Source: a virus. From it: a stretch of DNA of 64,000 nt. Below the pieces are notes generated by a model. That model was not told the DNA's origin. It saw only the letters and a list, made by a program, of their open reading frames with translations, and made no database searches. Position 1 is the first letter of the stretch; each line of letters starts with the position of its first letter. Shown one piece after another: positions 38,801 through 47,102 of the stretch. A program made the position numbers and the translations under genes. The DNA is taken from positions 3,942-67,941 of IMG/VR virus record IMGVR_UViG_3300008954_000045; one strand, 5' to 3'.

Positions 38801-40612
38801 AGAACCTTCGTTTCCGGGATACCCCACTGGACCGGGCAAAAATGTTGTTTCAGATAATCCTGCATCACAACTAATGTTGTCGCTCTTTTCAAAAGATGAG
38901 AATACCTTATTTTGATATCGCCTTAATTCTATTGCGTCATTTTCACAATCATAACAGTCACAAGGAGAACCAGGCTCGGGGTATGGAGAAACCAACAATT
39001 CCTCCATTGTAGCAGTTGATTTTCTTTCGATATGTTTGAATTCGGGGAAGAATACATCTGTGGATCGAGTTACACCATTTTGAATATCAATCAGTTTTTG
39101 TTTGAATTCTGATGTGCTGAATATCTCAGAAACCAGTTCTTTGAAAATAGGATCATTTTCGGTTTCTTTAAGAATATTCTGCCCAAGCGTGTAGTTGTGT
39201 ACCACCTTTTTCGCTTTGCAATAGTTTTCTTCGTCTTTATCAATTAAACTACGAACATCTTCAATAATTTTTGGTAGGAACGGAGAAACTACAGAATCAA
39301 ATACTGTAGGATTATTCCACAATTCAAGTGCTAATCCGATAATACCAGATCCTTCTGATATTGAAGTAGAATCACAAGAATCACAAGGAACACAAGCAGT
39401 TTTGTTAATGATTTTGTTTAAACGAAAATCACCAATCCCCATCAAACTTCCAAACACAAAAGAATAACTCTCTTGATCTATATCAGTAATTGTTTTCATT
39501 ATACTGGAATATGCACCAGCAATCGTTAATCTATCAAAAAAATCATCCATCGTTTCTGCGTTTTTCCCAGAAATCACATCCGTATGAAATTTTAGCATAT
39601 TTAAAGTCATTACTAAAGTCTCAAGTAGAGATATCACTTCGTCTGCTTGATTTTTAGTGAGAGGAAAAATTTCAGAAATAGTAGGAATATTATCGTGTTC
39701 GGGTGATGGTATTGGTCCTTGATATAGAGTATATGATTCTGCGGTAGGACCTTCTGGAACAAACGATTGCGGATATTCAACAACATTTCCGGTATCTTCT
39801 ACGCCTGAGACGTAATAAGGCGTTTCCCCCTCATCACCATACCGTACAAAATCTTCTTCTGGTGGTATTGGAATTTGCTCTGGTTCACAAATATAATAGA
39901 TGGTAGAACCATCAGAACCAAAAGTTTCACCCATAACCCCGCAAGTGCTACCGGAACCACCATATACCCCCCCAGTCATAGAACAATCCAATTCAGTATA
40001 CGAATAACATTTGTTTACAACACAACACCACCCTGTAGCCCCATTTAATTCGACAGGAATGGAAATGTCTGACTCAGATTCTGTATTGTTTATAACCCCC
40101 CCCTCTTCCATAAGAGGGTCAAAAGTCCCTTGCTCTTCATAAATAACATTTTCAAGTTCTTCTTCGAGTTCTTCTATAGCATCCGATGTTACACCATAAG
40201 TACCGTGAAATTGAATCCCACTACCAGCCCCACCCAAACCATTAGGCATATAATAATCAACACCATTAATTGTGTGTGTATGATATCCTGCTGTGGTTTC
40301 ACCATCTCTAATATAATCCGGTGTTGGGCTTGCATCTATTGCTTCTTGTGTGGTATGGAAAAGTGGATAGTGCCCATCAAGAGCAAATGCGTTTGTTCCA
40401 GGCCAAGCAACACCATCTTCCAATACCAAATCAAACATCGAAGTAAGAATTTCAATTTCTTTTTGACAAATTTCAACAGATTCATCAATTATCACAGTTA
40501 GAGGATTTTGAAAACCTTTACCTTCGGCAATCAATGTGATAGCATGACGCTGCTCTCGCGTTAGCGTGTCAAACGGTATTTCTATGGTTTCGGGAATCTC
40601 GAACTTAGCCAT
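35804..40612 (-). CDS. giant cysteine-rich fibre-like protein (1602 aa), paralog B
   Basis: Helical N-domain, collagen-like GPxG, GACC motif, long CC-repeat tract, C-terminal WAGG..PTFS...DIVTF.TVDGG..YYGFVGGQDF fibre-type domain. Confidence 0.8.
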   Translation of the reverse strand: MAKFEIPETIEIPFDTLTREQRHAITLIAEGKGFQNPLTVIIDESVEICQKEIEILTSMFDLVLEDGVAWPGTNAFALDGHYPLFHTTQEAIDASPTPDYIRDGETTAGYHTHTINGVDYYMPNGLGGAGSGIQFHGTYGVTSDAIEELEEELENVIYEEQGTFDPLMEEGGVINNTESESDISIPVELNGATGWCCVVNKCYSYTELDCSMTGGVYGGSGSTCGVMGETFGSDGSTIYYICEPEQIPIPPEEDFVRYGDEGETPYYVSGVEDTGNVVEYPQSFVPEGPTAESYTLYQGPIPSPEHDNIPTISEIFPLTKNQADEVISLLETLVMTLNMLKFHTDVISGKNAETMDDFFDRLTIAGAYSSIMKTITDIDQESYSFVFGSLMGIGDFRLNKIINKTACVPCDSCDSTSISEGSGIIGLALELWNNPTVFDSVVSPFLPKIIEDVRSLIDKDEENYCKAKKVVHNYTLGQNILKETENDPIFKELVSEIFSTSEFKQKLIDIQNGVTRSTDVFFPEFKHIERKSTATMEELLVSPYPEPGSPCDCYDCENDAIELRRYQNKVFSSFEKSDNISCDAGLSETTFLPGPVGYPGNEGSIGNFGVPGPAGYCDYEQCDQAPLILGACCLPSTSCESMAIDACIETTHDQCLFYGGEYKGDNATCDITHCGACTENIHCVLRGEICCDGICKPPPCPECDTSSDCVGTDLCCVNGICEYCPPPLCVPPCPPETECCDDGSCCPQCCGNTCCPSDAECCGDMCCTAGSQCCGGGCCPDTQDCCGDICCEDMYYCCSGECCPDHFYCCGDDCCPPEEAAESECCGDRCPCNLETSSGCCDDRSCCSLAEFCCEPESGLIRAECCNENDNCWPSCGCCPDNWICCADVNTPGPCCGTVDEAECCNFQCCPFDTAFCFSYDGPPGPYPNEKCCPKNDDGTMPPLSPPCGDDVCPCPKIYNPCTGEEQQTSCCGGKCSLYCCGTSDNPVGSDYGCCQHIAPADEYCEDGEVRGYRRPLLGCPVGLDPQGNGDGPGCPCDCLSVQAQIKDLCPGGGGYVWAYTAGGVMGANGKLDCDWRYYCQANNEWNGCSSEYSVDGNVTVTCSCCENPCANLECNTTFIVPCGVQIGDGGQCGYNLPTYLCKDFECRDNENPCIEPNCCICPCDDMDCCDDACVCLGCQRCIECGENLNGDCIDYCHHEYGYPCQSFDGSCPCDRLTDADCSGGGNPLSPPRSINDILGTDAELSKDIPIVPDPVELVQADVNFQIVNFHTNEKIKLYDFTEPLTNFSFKYSRAELIDSKELGKPNFESAVSTTQIIKGSLTASISSDGFIGNSGIITFVAGSNIKLDTNEAKNIIRISVDDLYLNEIVDVSDDISGAVDGDTLVYTDNNKWEIATTPPVGPTGPAPTPNDDSDSVHKIIYNENGTIGGTSDFTFDVNYNLVGITASVNFNNDIQIGAWYNIGEVFGSIQDNTIHEATLKDTSIAVNTPASGNIFMNFEDGNAHLSEYSVPQFPPNCAIWLYNAPDSGTVGTLTMYVENGASITYDDCLFCNGCAAVGNTDTIMWAGGIEPTFSNRLDIVTFLTVDGGSTYYGFVGGQDFS
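36515..36588. repeat. 74-nt near-identical repeat, copy 1
   Basis: 72/74 identical by eye to 41274-41347; encodes GSNIKLDTNEAKNIIRISVDDLYL. Confidence 0.9.
38153..38368 (-). repeat. six tandem 12-aa CC-x3-CC-x5 repeats
   Basis: CCGNTCCPSDAE CCGDMCCTAGSQ CCGGGCCPDTQD CCGDICCEDMYY CCSGECCPDHFY CCGDDCCPPEEA. Confidence 0.9.
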
Positions 40613-40619
40613 AGGGAGT

Positions 40620-43600
40620 TCATCCTGTAAATCCTAAACCACCAACAAATCCATAATAACCAGAACCACCATCTAATGTAGTAAACGAAATAATATCTGT
40701 ACCGCTTACCGACAAGGTTGGTATATGCCCTCCCGACCATTTTATATCACCAAAAGAAAGCCCGCCGGAATGTGATTCGGCATCCTCAAATATAATAGTC
40801 ATTGTACCAACAGTTCCTGACGTTGGGGCATTGGTAAATGTCCATTGTATTGAATTGCCTGTATCAATCCCTCCCACCTTAACTTTTTGTACATTTCCAT
40901 TTTCAAAATCAAATTCTACACTAATAGCAACTGTTCCGTTATCATAGAACGATTCAGAATAATCCTTAAGATTTGCTCTCTCTATTGTGTTGTCTTGTGC
41001 TTGAATGTCCCCAGAAGAGGTAAATCCATCATATAGATAAGCGTCTGCATTTATTTGGAGGACATTTGAACTATAATCGTATTTAAGATTGTTGCTACCT
41101 GTTGCTTCTCCGTTTTGGTTGTAAAGTATTTGCTCATCGGCACCACCAACTGGTCCTGTAGGTCCAACCGGTCCTTGCCCCGGTTGGGTGGGTGTCCACA
41201 ACCCTGTGGTTGAATGCCATTGTAAAATATCATTGTCAGATGGTGTTGCTTCCGACACATCAATGAGTTCATGTAAATACAAATCATCAACAGATATTCT
41301 GATAATGTTTTTTGCTTCATTCGTATCTAATTTGATATTAGAACCAGATACGAAGGAAATTAACAAACCCTCACCAATCATTCCATCTTTTTGTATAGAC
41401 GCAGTGAGTTCACCTTCAATTATAGTAGTTGATGCTTTATTGTTTTCATATCCGGCGTGCCCCAAAGAAGCATCACTTTTCATTTCCGCTTTTGATATTA
41501 GAGACAAACTTCCTTGGGCATACTTAGAATCCCTCAATTCTGTTTTCTTCTTTTCAGATGCAACAAAGTTTACAAGTTGAAATTGAATTGGTTGAGAAAG
41601 AACGACAGGTTTAGTTGGGCTTACAAGAGGTTTAGCATTTGATATATTTGCAGTTGTACCGATGGTGCCTGGTTTGAATTCCAACTCAACATTGTGCCCT
41701 ACAATAATGCCGTTTTCGTATATTGGTGTGTATGTCTTGCTTGATTCGACCATATTTTGAATTGAAGTGTTTGGGTATTTCTTGAGCAAGCCAGAATATT
41801 TTCTAACATTTATCTGAGACGTATCGTTTCTAGATTGTATTGTTTTTGGTGTCGGTGGAATTTGACTTGGGGGAATATATCCATCACAACTATCTTTCCA
41901 AATTCCACCCAACACAACACAACTATCTCTTGTTATTTCGCTGTTGCACCCATCTTCTAACCAACACACACCAAAAGATCTAAATCCGGGATTGCAGTTA
42001 TTACAATCACCTTCAATACAACTAGTACCATCCAATTTAGGCCGTGGGTCACAATGCTCAAATCCATTTACTTCACACCCATATCTGCACCCACCTTCGC
42101 ACGGATAGTATCCGGGGAATGATAGGGAACCATCAACCCCCACATATCGGTCAACACAACTGATTCCAGATTTTGAAATTGTTGCACACCCATCACCAAC
42201 ATATACCTTACCTGGCATATCCTCATCTTCTTTTGGTATATCATACATTCCTTGTGGACCGGGACCGACACAATTTCGATTTCCCCACCCACAAACCTCG
42301 CATTCATCAGGACAACAAGTGGGGCAAGGATCTATATTACTATTGATGTCATTTAGACCCCAGTTTCCAGTTTCTTCAAGGAGTACATAGTTGTCGGGTT
42401 TGTCTGGATCTACTCTACATTCGCAAGGATTCCCTGACACATCTGACCAAATACCATCACACCTATAGTCCATTTTCTTTGGATTGATGGGTGATAGGGG
42501 ATAGAAAAGAGGGCAATGAATAACACACTGAGATGTCCCAATATCAGCATTATCATCATATATTGCTTCTGGATTACCGTCACTGTGTTCACAGCCACAC
42601 GGGCATCCGTGATTTTCTGTGGTGTTTGGATCTGGAGTGAGTTGTCGGACAATTGGTTGCCAATTATTCCATTCTAACCAAGATTGGTGATCGTTGTGCG
42701 GGCAGCAACCATGTTCAGACCAAACACATACAGTCTCTGCGGTGTTTGGGTTTGTAGCACAGCAACAATTCCCCGTCGAAGAATTTTTACATTCTCCGTT
42801 GCAGCACGATTCACCTACATCACAACAAAAAGTTTCTCCGTCTTCGTTGATGCATTCTTCTTTGTTGCAATCATCACAAACCGTACAACGATCAACACAA
42901 CACAATTCACCACTACCACAACATTCCCCACCACAAGAGTTAGTAGTACCTTCTAAGCAACAATAATGAGTGTTACCTTCCATCCAGCAAGTTTCACCAT
43001 ATGGACAACAGCAACCACCTTGTTCCCAACAATCTAGATTGCTGTGTTCCATCCCACACGGTTCCGCATCATTACTGTCACACCTACATCCGCACCCACC
43101 TATAAACGATTGACCAAAACCACAATATGTGGTTTCTTCTCCAGTAAAATGATCATAATATTTGTCTTCTGTTGGACTATAACATATGCAGTGTGTTGTA
43201 GTACCTTCCCCTTGCCATTCTTCTGTACACATCTCACAATTATCCGGGCAACAATTACCAGATATGCAGTTACCCGAACAACATCCCGCCGGTGCATTTT
43301 CACAACACTCTCCACTACAACAATATGGAGTACCATCATCCAATCTACAGCACGAATTACCATTCGGACAGCAATGGAATGTGTCGTCAAATTCACATTC
43401 ATAAAAACCACTTAAACATTCGCATACGGTTTCAATGGGGACACACTCACCGTTACAGCATTTAGATAAGTCATCGCAACATTTACCATCACAATGTTGT
43501 GTAGTATTACAACACTCATTACCTGCAATTGTTGTGAGACACGATTCCCCCGGCGGACAGCAAAGACACCCACCGTCCAAACAAGTCTTTCCAGACATCC

Positions 43601-45038
43601 CACTACCGCAACATTCATCTTCGCAGCAATTACCTTCTAAACAACAACCATCGCCACCACAACAAGATGTTCCTTGTGGGCAACATTCCCCCTGACAATC
43701 AGGACATGTTCCATCTAAACAGGGTTCATAGCAAAATCCATTACAACACACTGTAGTTCCCGCACAGCAAGTATCACCACACACTGTAGTTCCCTCTGGG
43801 CATTGTGGACATGGGGGACATGTATTATCGGAGCAAGGTGTGGTGCATTGACCACCACAACATATCATTCCGAGGGCACAGTCTGCTGTGACGGAACATC
43901 CGCTAGGTAGGCAATTAATAACCGAACAAGAAGAATTCTCCCCATAGAATTCTCCACCATAATGAAAACACTGAAATTCAGTTGCAGACACGCAATACCC
44001 GCAAACACAACAAGCACCCTCGGTACCACCCCCTTGCCAGCAGGGGCTTTCCTCTCCTTGGTTATTAGTTTCTCCACAATTACAGTCACCAACTGGACCA
44101 GGAATACCAGGCGATCCAGTTATTCCCCTACCTCCATGTGCGCCTGTTGGTCCAGCCGGACCGATAGATATTAGTTGATCTTCGATGAGACAAGGACCAG
44201 TACTTTCAAGATTGAATTGAGGAAAGAACTCATTGGTGGTTGTGCTTGGGTTGGGATTTCGTATTGCAAGAATTGCTTCTTGTAGTTGGGGGGTTGCAAA
44301 TACAGATTGCATTGCTGCACCGAAAATTGGATCACTGTCGAGTGTTTCTATAATTTTGGTGCCGTATGAGTACCTTTCAATTACACGTTTTGCTTTGCAA
44401 AAATTTTGTTCATCGTTTTCAATCAAAGATTTGAGTTTATCGACAATTGTTGGGAGTAAACAAGTGATGATGCTCGGGATTGTTACCGGGAACCTCTGAA
44501 CAACCCCAGCAAGTCCTTGTAGTCCTGATGAACTTGTATCAATATCACAATAATTTGATGAAGTTTCACAAAAAGATAGATGATGAATTCTTCCAATGAT
44601 GTTATCACCAAGAACGGAAAGACTACCGAATATCTCAGAGTGTTGTTCTCTGTCCATTCCGGTAATAGTTTTCATTACTCTGGTATACAAACCTGCAATT
44701 GATAATCGTTGAACCAAATCACCAACATATTCACTTTCAACACCAGACAATTTATCAGTGTGTAGTTTTAGTACATCTAGCCAATATTTAATCAACGTGA
44801 GCCAGTAGTCTAATTCGATTATCTGTTGTTCGGTGATGCGTGATTGATCGAATGGATGAATTTCGAGTGCGAGGATTTTGGCATGTTCCTCCTCAACAAT
44901 TTTTTTTGCTTCTTTGATTTTTGGTGCTTGGGGGTTTTGGAAGCCTTCACCTGTCATCACCAAATAGACAGCCTCTCGTTGCTCGTTTGTGAGCATATCG
45001 AAAGGGATTTCAATATTGGGTACGGAGAAGTTTGCCAT
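40620..45038 (-). CDS. giant cysteine-rich fibre-like protein (1472 aa), paralog A
   Basis: Same architecture as 35804-40612: IEIPFD.LT.EQR.A...G.GFQNP start, GPAGPTG collagen, GACC, CC tract, ..TLDGG..YYGFVGG end. Confidence 0.8.
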   Translation of the reverse strand: MANFSVPNIEIPFDMLTNEQREAVYLVMTGEGFQNPQAPKIKEAKKIVEEEHAKILALEIHPFDQSRITEQQIIELDYWLTLIKYWLDVLKLHTDKLSGVESEYVGDLVQRLSIAGLYTRVMKTITGMDREQHSEIFGSLSVLGDNIIGRIHHLSFCETSSNYCDIDTSSSGLQGLAGVVQRFPVTIPSIITCLLPTIVDKLKSLIENDEQNFCKAKRVIERYSYGTKIIETLDSDPIFGAAMQSVFATPQLQEAILAIRNPNPSTTTNEFFPQFNLESTGPCLIEDQLISIGPAGPTGAHGGRGITGSPGIPGPVGDCNCGETNNQGEESPCWQGGGTEGACCVCGYCVSATEFQCFHYGGEFYGENSSCSVINCLPSGCSVTADCALGMICCGGQCTTPCSDNTCPPCPQCPEGTTVCGDTCCAGTTVCCNGFCYEPCLDGTCPDCQGECCPQGTSCCGGDGCCLEGNCCEDECCGSGMSGKTCLDGGCLCCPPGESCLTTIAGNECCNTTQHCDGKCCDDLSKCCNGECVPIETVCECLSGFYECEFDDTFHCCPNGNSCCRLDDGTPYCCSGECCENAPAGCCSGNCISGNCCPDNCEMCTEEWQGEGTTTHCICYSPTEDKYYDHFTGEETTYCGFGQSFIGGCGCRCDSNDAEPCGMEHSNLDCWEQGGCCCPYGETCWMEGNTHYCCLEGTTNSCGGECCGSGELCCVDRCTVCDDCNKEECINEDGETFCCDVGESCCNGECKNSSTGNCCCATNPNTAETVCVWSEHGCCPHNDHQSWLEWNNWQPIVRQLTPDPNTTENHGCPCGCEHSDGNPEAIYDDNADIGTSQCVIHCPLFYPLSPINPKKMDYRCDGIWSDVSGNPCECRVDPDKPDNYVLLEETGNWGLNDINSNIDPCPTCCPDECEVCGWGNRNCVGPGPQGMYDIPKEDEDMPGKVYVGDGCATISKSGISCVDRYVGVDGSLSFPGYYPCEGGCRYGCEVNGFEHCDPRPKLDGTSCIEGDCNNCNPGFRSFGVCWLEDGCNSEITRDSCVVLGGIWKDSCDGYIPPSQIPPTPKTIQSRNDTSQINVRKYSGLLKKYPNTSIQNMVESSKTYTPIYENGIIVGHNVELEFKPGTIGTTANISNAKPLVSPTKPVVLSQPIQFQLVNFVASEKKKTELRDSKYAQGSLSLISKAEMKSDASLGHAGYENNKASTTIIEGELTASIQKDGMIGEGLLISFVSGSNIKLDTNEAKNIIRISVDDLYLHELIDVSEATPSDNDILQWHSTTGLWTPTQPGQGPVGPTGPVGGADEQILYNQNGEATGSNNLKYDYSSNVLQINADAYLYDGFTSSGDIQAQDNTIERANLKDYSESFYDNGTVAISVEFDFENGNVQKVKVGGIDTGNSIQWTFTNAPTSGTVGTMTIIFEDAESHSGGLSFGDIKWSGGHIPTLSVSGTDIISFTTLDGGSGYYGFVGGLGFTG
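41274..41347. repeat. 74-nt near-identical repeat, copy 2
   Basis: See 36515-36588. Confidence 0.9.
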
Positions 45039-45054
45039 TATATACTCTCTGTGT

Positions 45055-45819
45055 TTAGATTATATCACCAATATCTATGTCTGGTAAACTTATGCTGTCT
45101 GTGATACAATCCAGACCAGGGATATCTGGCATCAATCCACCAACATCTGGAATATCTACTCCTAACGCGCCAGGAACATCACCCAAACCAAAATCTCCAA
45201 TATTACCAAACATTCCTTCTGCAATACCTTGAAAATCTGGAACTTCTGGTATCGTGGGAATCTTAAAATTACAAAGATCTGCAAGTGGATTTCCAATATC
45301 CACAGCAGATAGGACACTATCAGCAAAAGATTTTGCCATCGCTTCAACTTCTTCTAGTGATGGTGGTTCTGGTATACTTGGCAGTTTGATTAAACCACTA
45401 AATTCTGGTATACCAGAAAACATCACTTCTGGATCAAGCAACTTTCCAATGTCTGGTGGAACTCCAAGAGAGGATATCACTTGCTCCATGTTTGGAATGC
45501 TAGGCAAAGAACCCAATGATGCTAATCCATCGATATCTTTAAATAGATTTTCATTACATAAAGGATTGCTTGATAAAAGACCGCTAATTCCTCCAATATC
45601 TGGAATCATTCCTTCTAGAAGATCTGATGCACAACCACCAACATCTGGCATCAATCCACCAAGATCAACATCAGGTAAAAAACCACCAAGATCTGGCATC
45701 AAATCACCAACGTCAGGAATCAAACCTTCTATTGCTTCACCAGCAGCATCTGCTAGATTATCAGGTCTGATACTATCAATTGCTTCGTTAATTCTCGGGA
45801 TGTTGTCTTCTAGTGCCAT
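45055..45819 (-). CDS. acidic Pro/Asp/Gly-rich repeat protein downstream of gp5
   Basis: Multiple [LIM]PD[VIL]G[GD] units; start overlaps the gp5 stop. Confidence 0.75.
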   Translation of the reverse strand: MALEDNIPRINEAIDSIRPDNLADAAGEAIEGLIPDVGDLMPDLGGFLPDVDLGGLMPDVGGCASDLLEGMIPDIGGISGLLSSNPLCNENLFKDIDGLASLGSLPSIPNMEQVISSLGVPPDIGKLLDPEVMFSGIPEFSGLIKLPSIPEPPSLEEVEAMAKSFADSVLSAVDIGNPLADLCNFKIPTIPEVPDFQGIAEGMFGNIGDFGLGDVPGALGVDIPDVGGLMPDIPGLDCITDSISLPDIDIGDII

Positions 45820-47099
45820 TATTGACTATAATACCCCGGATGGTTCAGATGGATATCTGGACCTGCATTGTAATATTGATTCTTCCCAGACTGTATTTGA
45901 ATCTGCCCGTCTACTCTCATATTATAGTTCCCGCTTACATACGCATCAAAGTCTCCAGATATAGCAGTGTTCATGTTCCCATCAACCAATTCGGTGTTCA
46001 TATCACCCTTCACCAATTTGGTATTGACGTTTCCTTCTTTCACTTCAAGGTTGATGTTTGCCTTATCTCCAATATGGATATCAAAATGACAATTGCCTGC
46101 TGCGTCATTTTCGCCTTTCTTTTGCTTGTCCTTGTTTGCCATAATCTTGATACCCTTATCAAGAGTTATGTTTGTATATCCCTCAACATGAACAGATTTA
46201 TTTCGTAAAATTACTGTATAGTCATTTCTAACAACTTTTTGAACACGATCCCCGTTTGGGTGTATCTCTTCAAATGTACCAGATCGGTGATATCTATGAA
46301 GACGCTCGGCACCAGGCGTATCGTCAATTTCAATCACATGACCAGATTCACTTTCATGTACATGATTATGAGGATAGATGGCACTATATGCCGTTTTTGG
46401 TTCTGTCCAAAATCCTTGAGGTGAAGGTTCCGCAGTATTCTTTTTGCTTTTCTTGATACTTGTGCGGACTGGTTCTCCAGTATATTCACTCGTTGGAATT
46501 TTCTCATCCAACAACCCAGGCGAAGAACCACCCAAAGGTCGTCTCTTAATTTCAACAATTGTTTTATCAATTTCTTCGTTTCTTGCAAGTCGATTTGTGT
46601 CGGGTTCATTTAAAAAGAATTCTTTTGGATATGCTTTACCCGCATCCGAGTTTACCAAGAGGGCACCTTGTCCGTCTCTTGGATACTTTTGTACCTTATA
46701 ACCCTTCGCAAGCATGTGCCCTACTGGATCTTGCTTACGTTTATCTTCATCACGCGGATCATTGAATCCTGTTTCGTTGTCTGCCTTTTTTTCTGGTATA
46801 CCGCCGATTGAACCCATCATTATAGGTTCTTGTGCGTTTTCTCCGTCACGGAAAAAACCAACAACCCACGAACCGGGAACAAGACCCGTTGGGGAAAACC
46901 CTACCCCGCTTATTGCTGCACTAGTGATTGGTTGAATCGGATAAGCCCACGGCAAATCTTCTGTCTTTATCATACTTTTATCGTCAGTATGAAACCCTAA
47001 TATACGAACTCGACATCTACCAAGCATTAGAGGGTCATCAACATCCTCAACAACACCTTGCCACCAAATGAAATTGTCTTTACCTATAAAGTTTTGCAT
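45819..47099 (-). CDS. gp5: baseplate hub spike (OB-fold + beta-helix, no lysozyme domain)
   Basis: WWQGVVEDVDDP..LGRCRVRILG.H, LPWA, WVVGFFRDG, YPHNHVHESESGH..EIDDTPG.ERLH..HRSGTF, 8-aa VxGxxxxx repeats. Confidence 0.93.
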   Translation of the reverse strand: MQNFIGKDNFIWWQGVVEDVDDPLMLGRCRVRILGFHTDDKSMIKTEDLPWAYPIQPITSAAISGVGFSPTGLVPGSWVVGFFRDGENAQEPIMMGSIGGIPEKKADNETGFNDPRDEDKRKQDPVGHMLAKGYKVQKYPRDGQGALLVNSDAGKAYPKEFFLNEPDTNRLARNEEIDKTIVEIKRRPLGGSSPGLLDEKIPTSEYTGEPVRTSIKKSKKNTAEPSPQGFWTEPKTAYSAIYPHNHVHESESGHVIEIDDTPGAERLHRYHRSGTFEEIHPNGDRVQKVVRNDYTVILRNKSVHVEGYTNITLDKGIKIMANKDKQKKGENDAAGNCHFDIHIGDKANINLEVKEGNVNTKLVKGDMNTELVDGNMNTAISGDFDAYVSGNYNMRVDGQIQIQSGKNQYYNAGPDIHLNHPGYYSQ

Positions 47100-47102
47100 A
47101 TT

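Noticed and set aside
36515-41347. Diversity-generating retroelement TR/VR pair
   Set aside because: Only two mismatches, both copies lie inside ORFs away from the C-terminus, and no reverse transcriptase is present in the window
37622-43695. Plus-strand Gln/His-rich ORFs (e.g. 37872-38192, 38268-38570, 43435-43695)
   Set aside because: Antisense shadows of TGT/TGC codon runs in the Cys-rich genes
35804-45038. Selenocysteine or stop-codon recoding in the Cys-rich genes
   Set aside because: Both ORFs are uninterrupted; TAA, TAG and TGA all end conserved genes at expected positions
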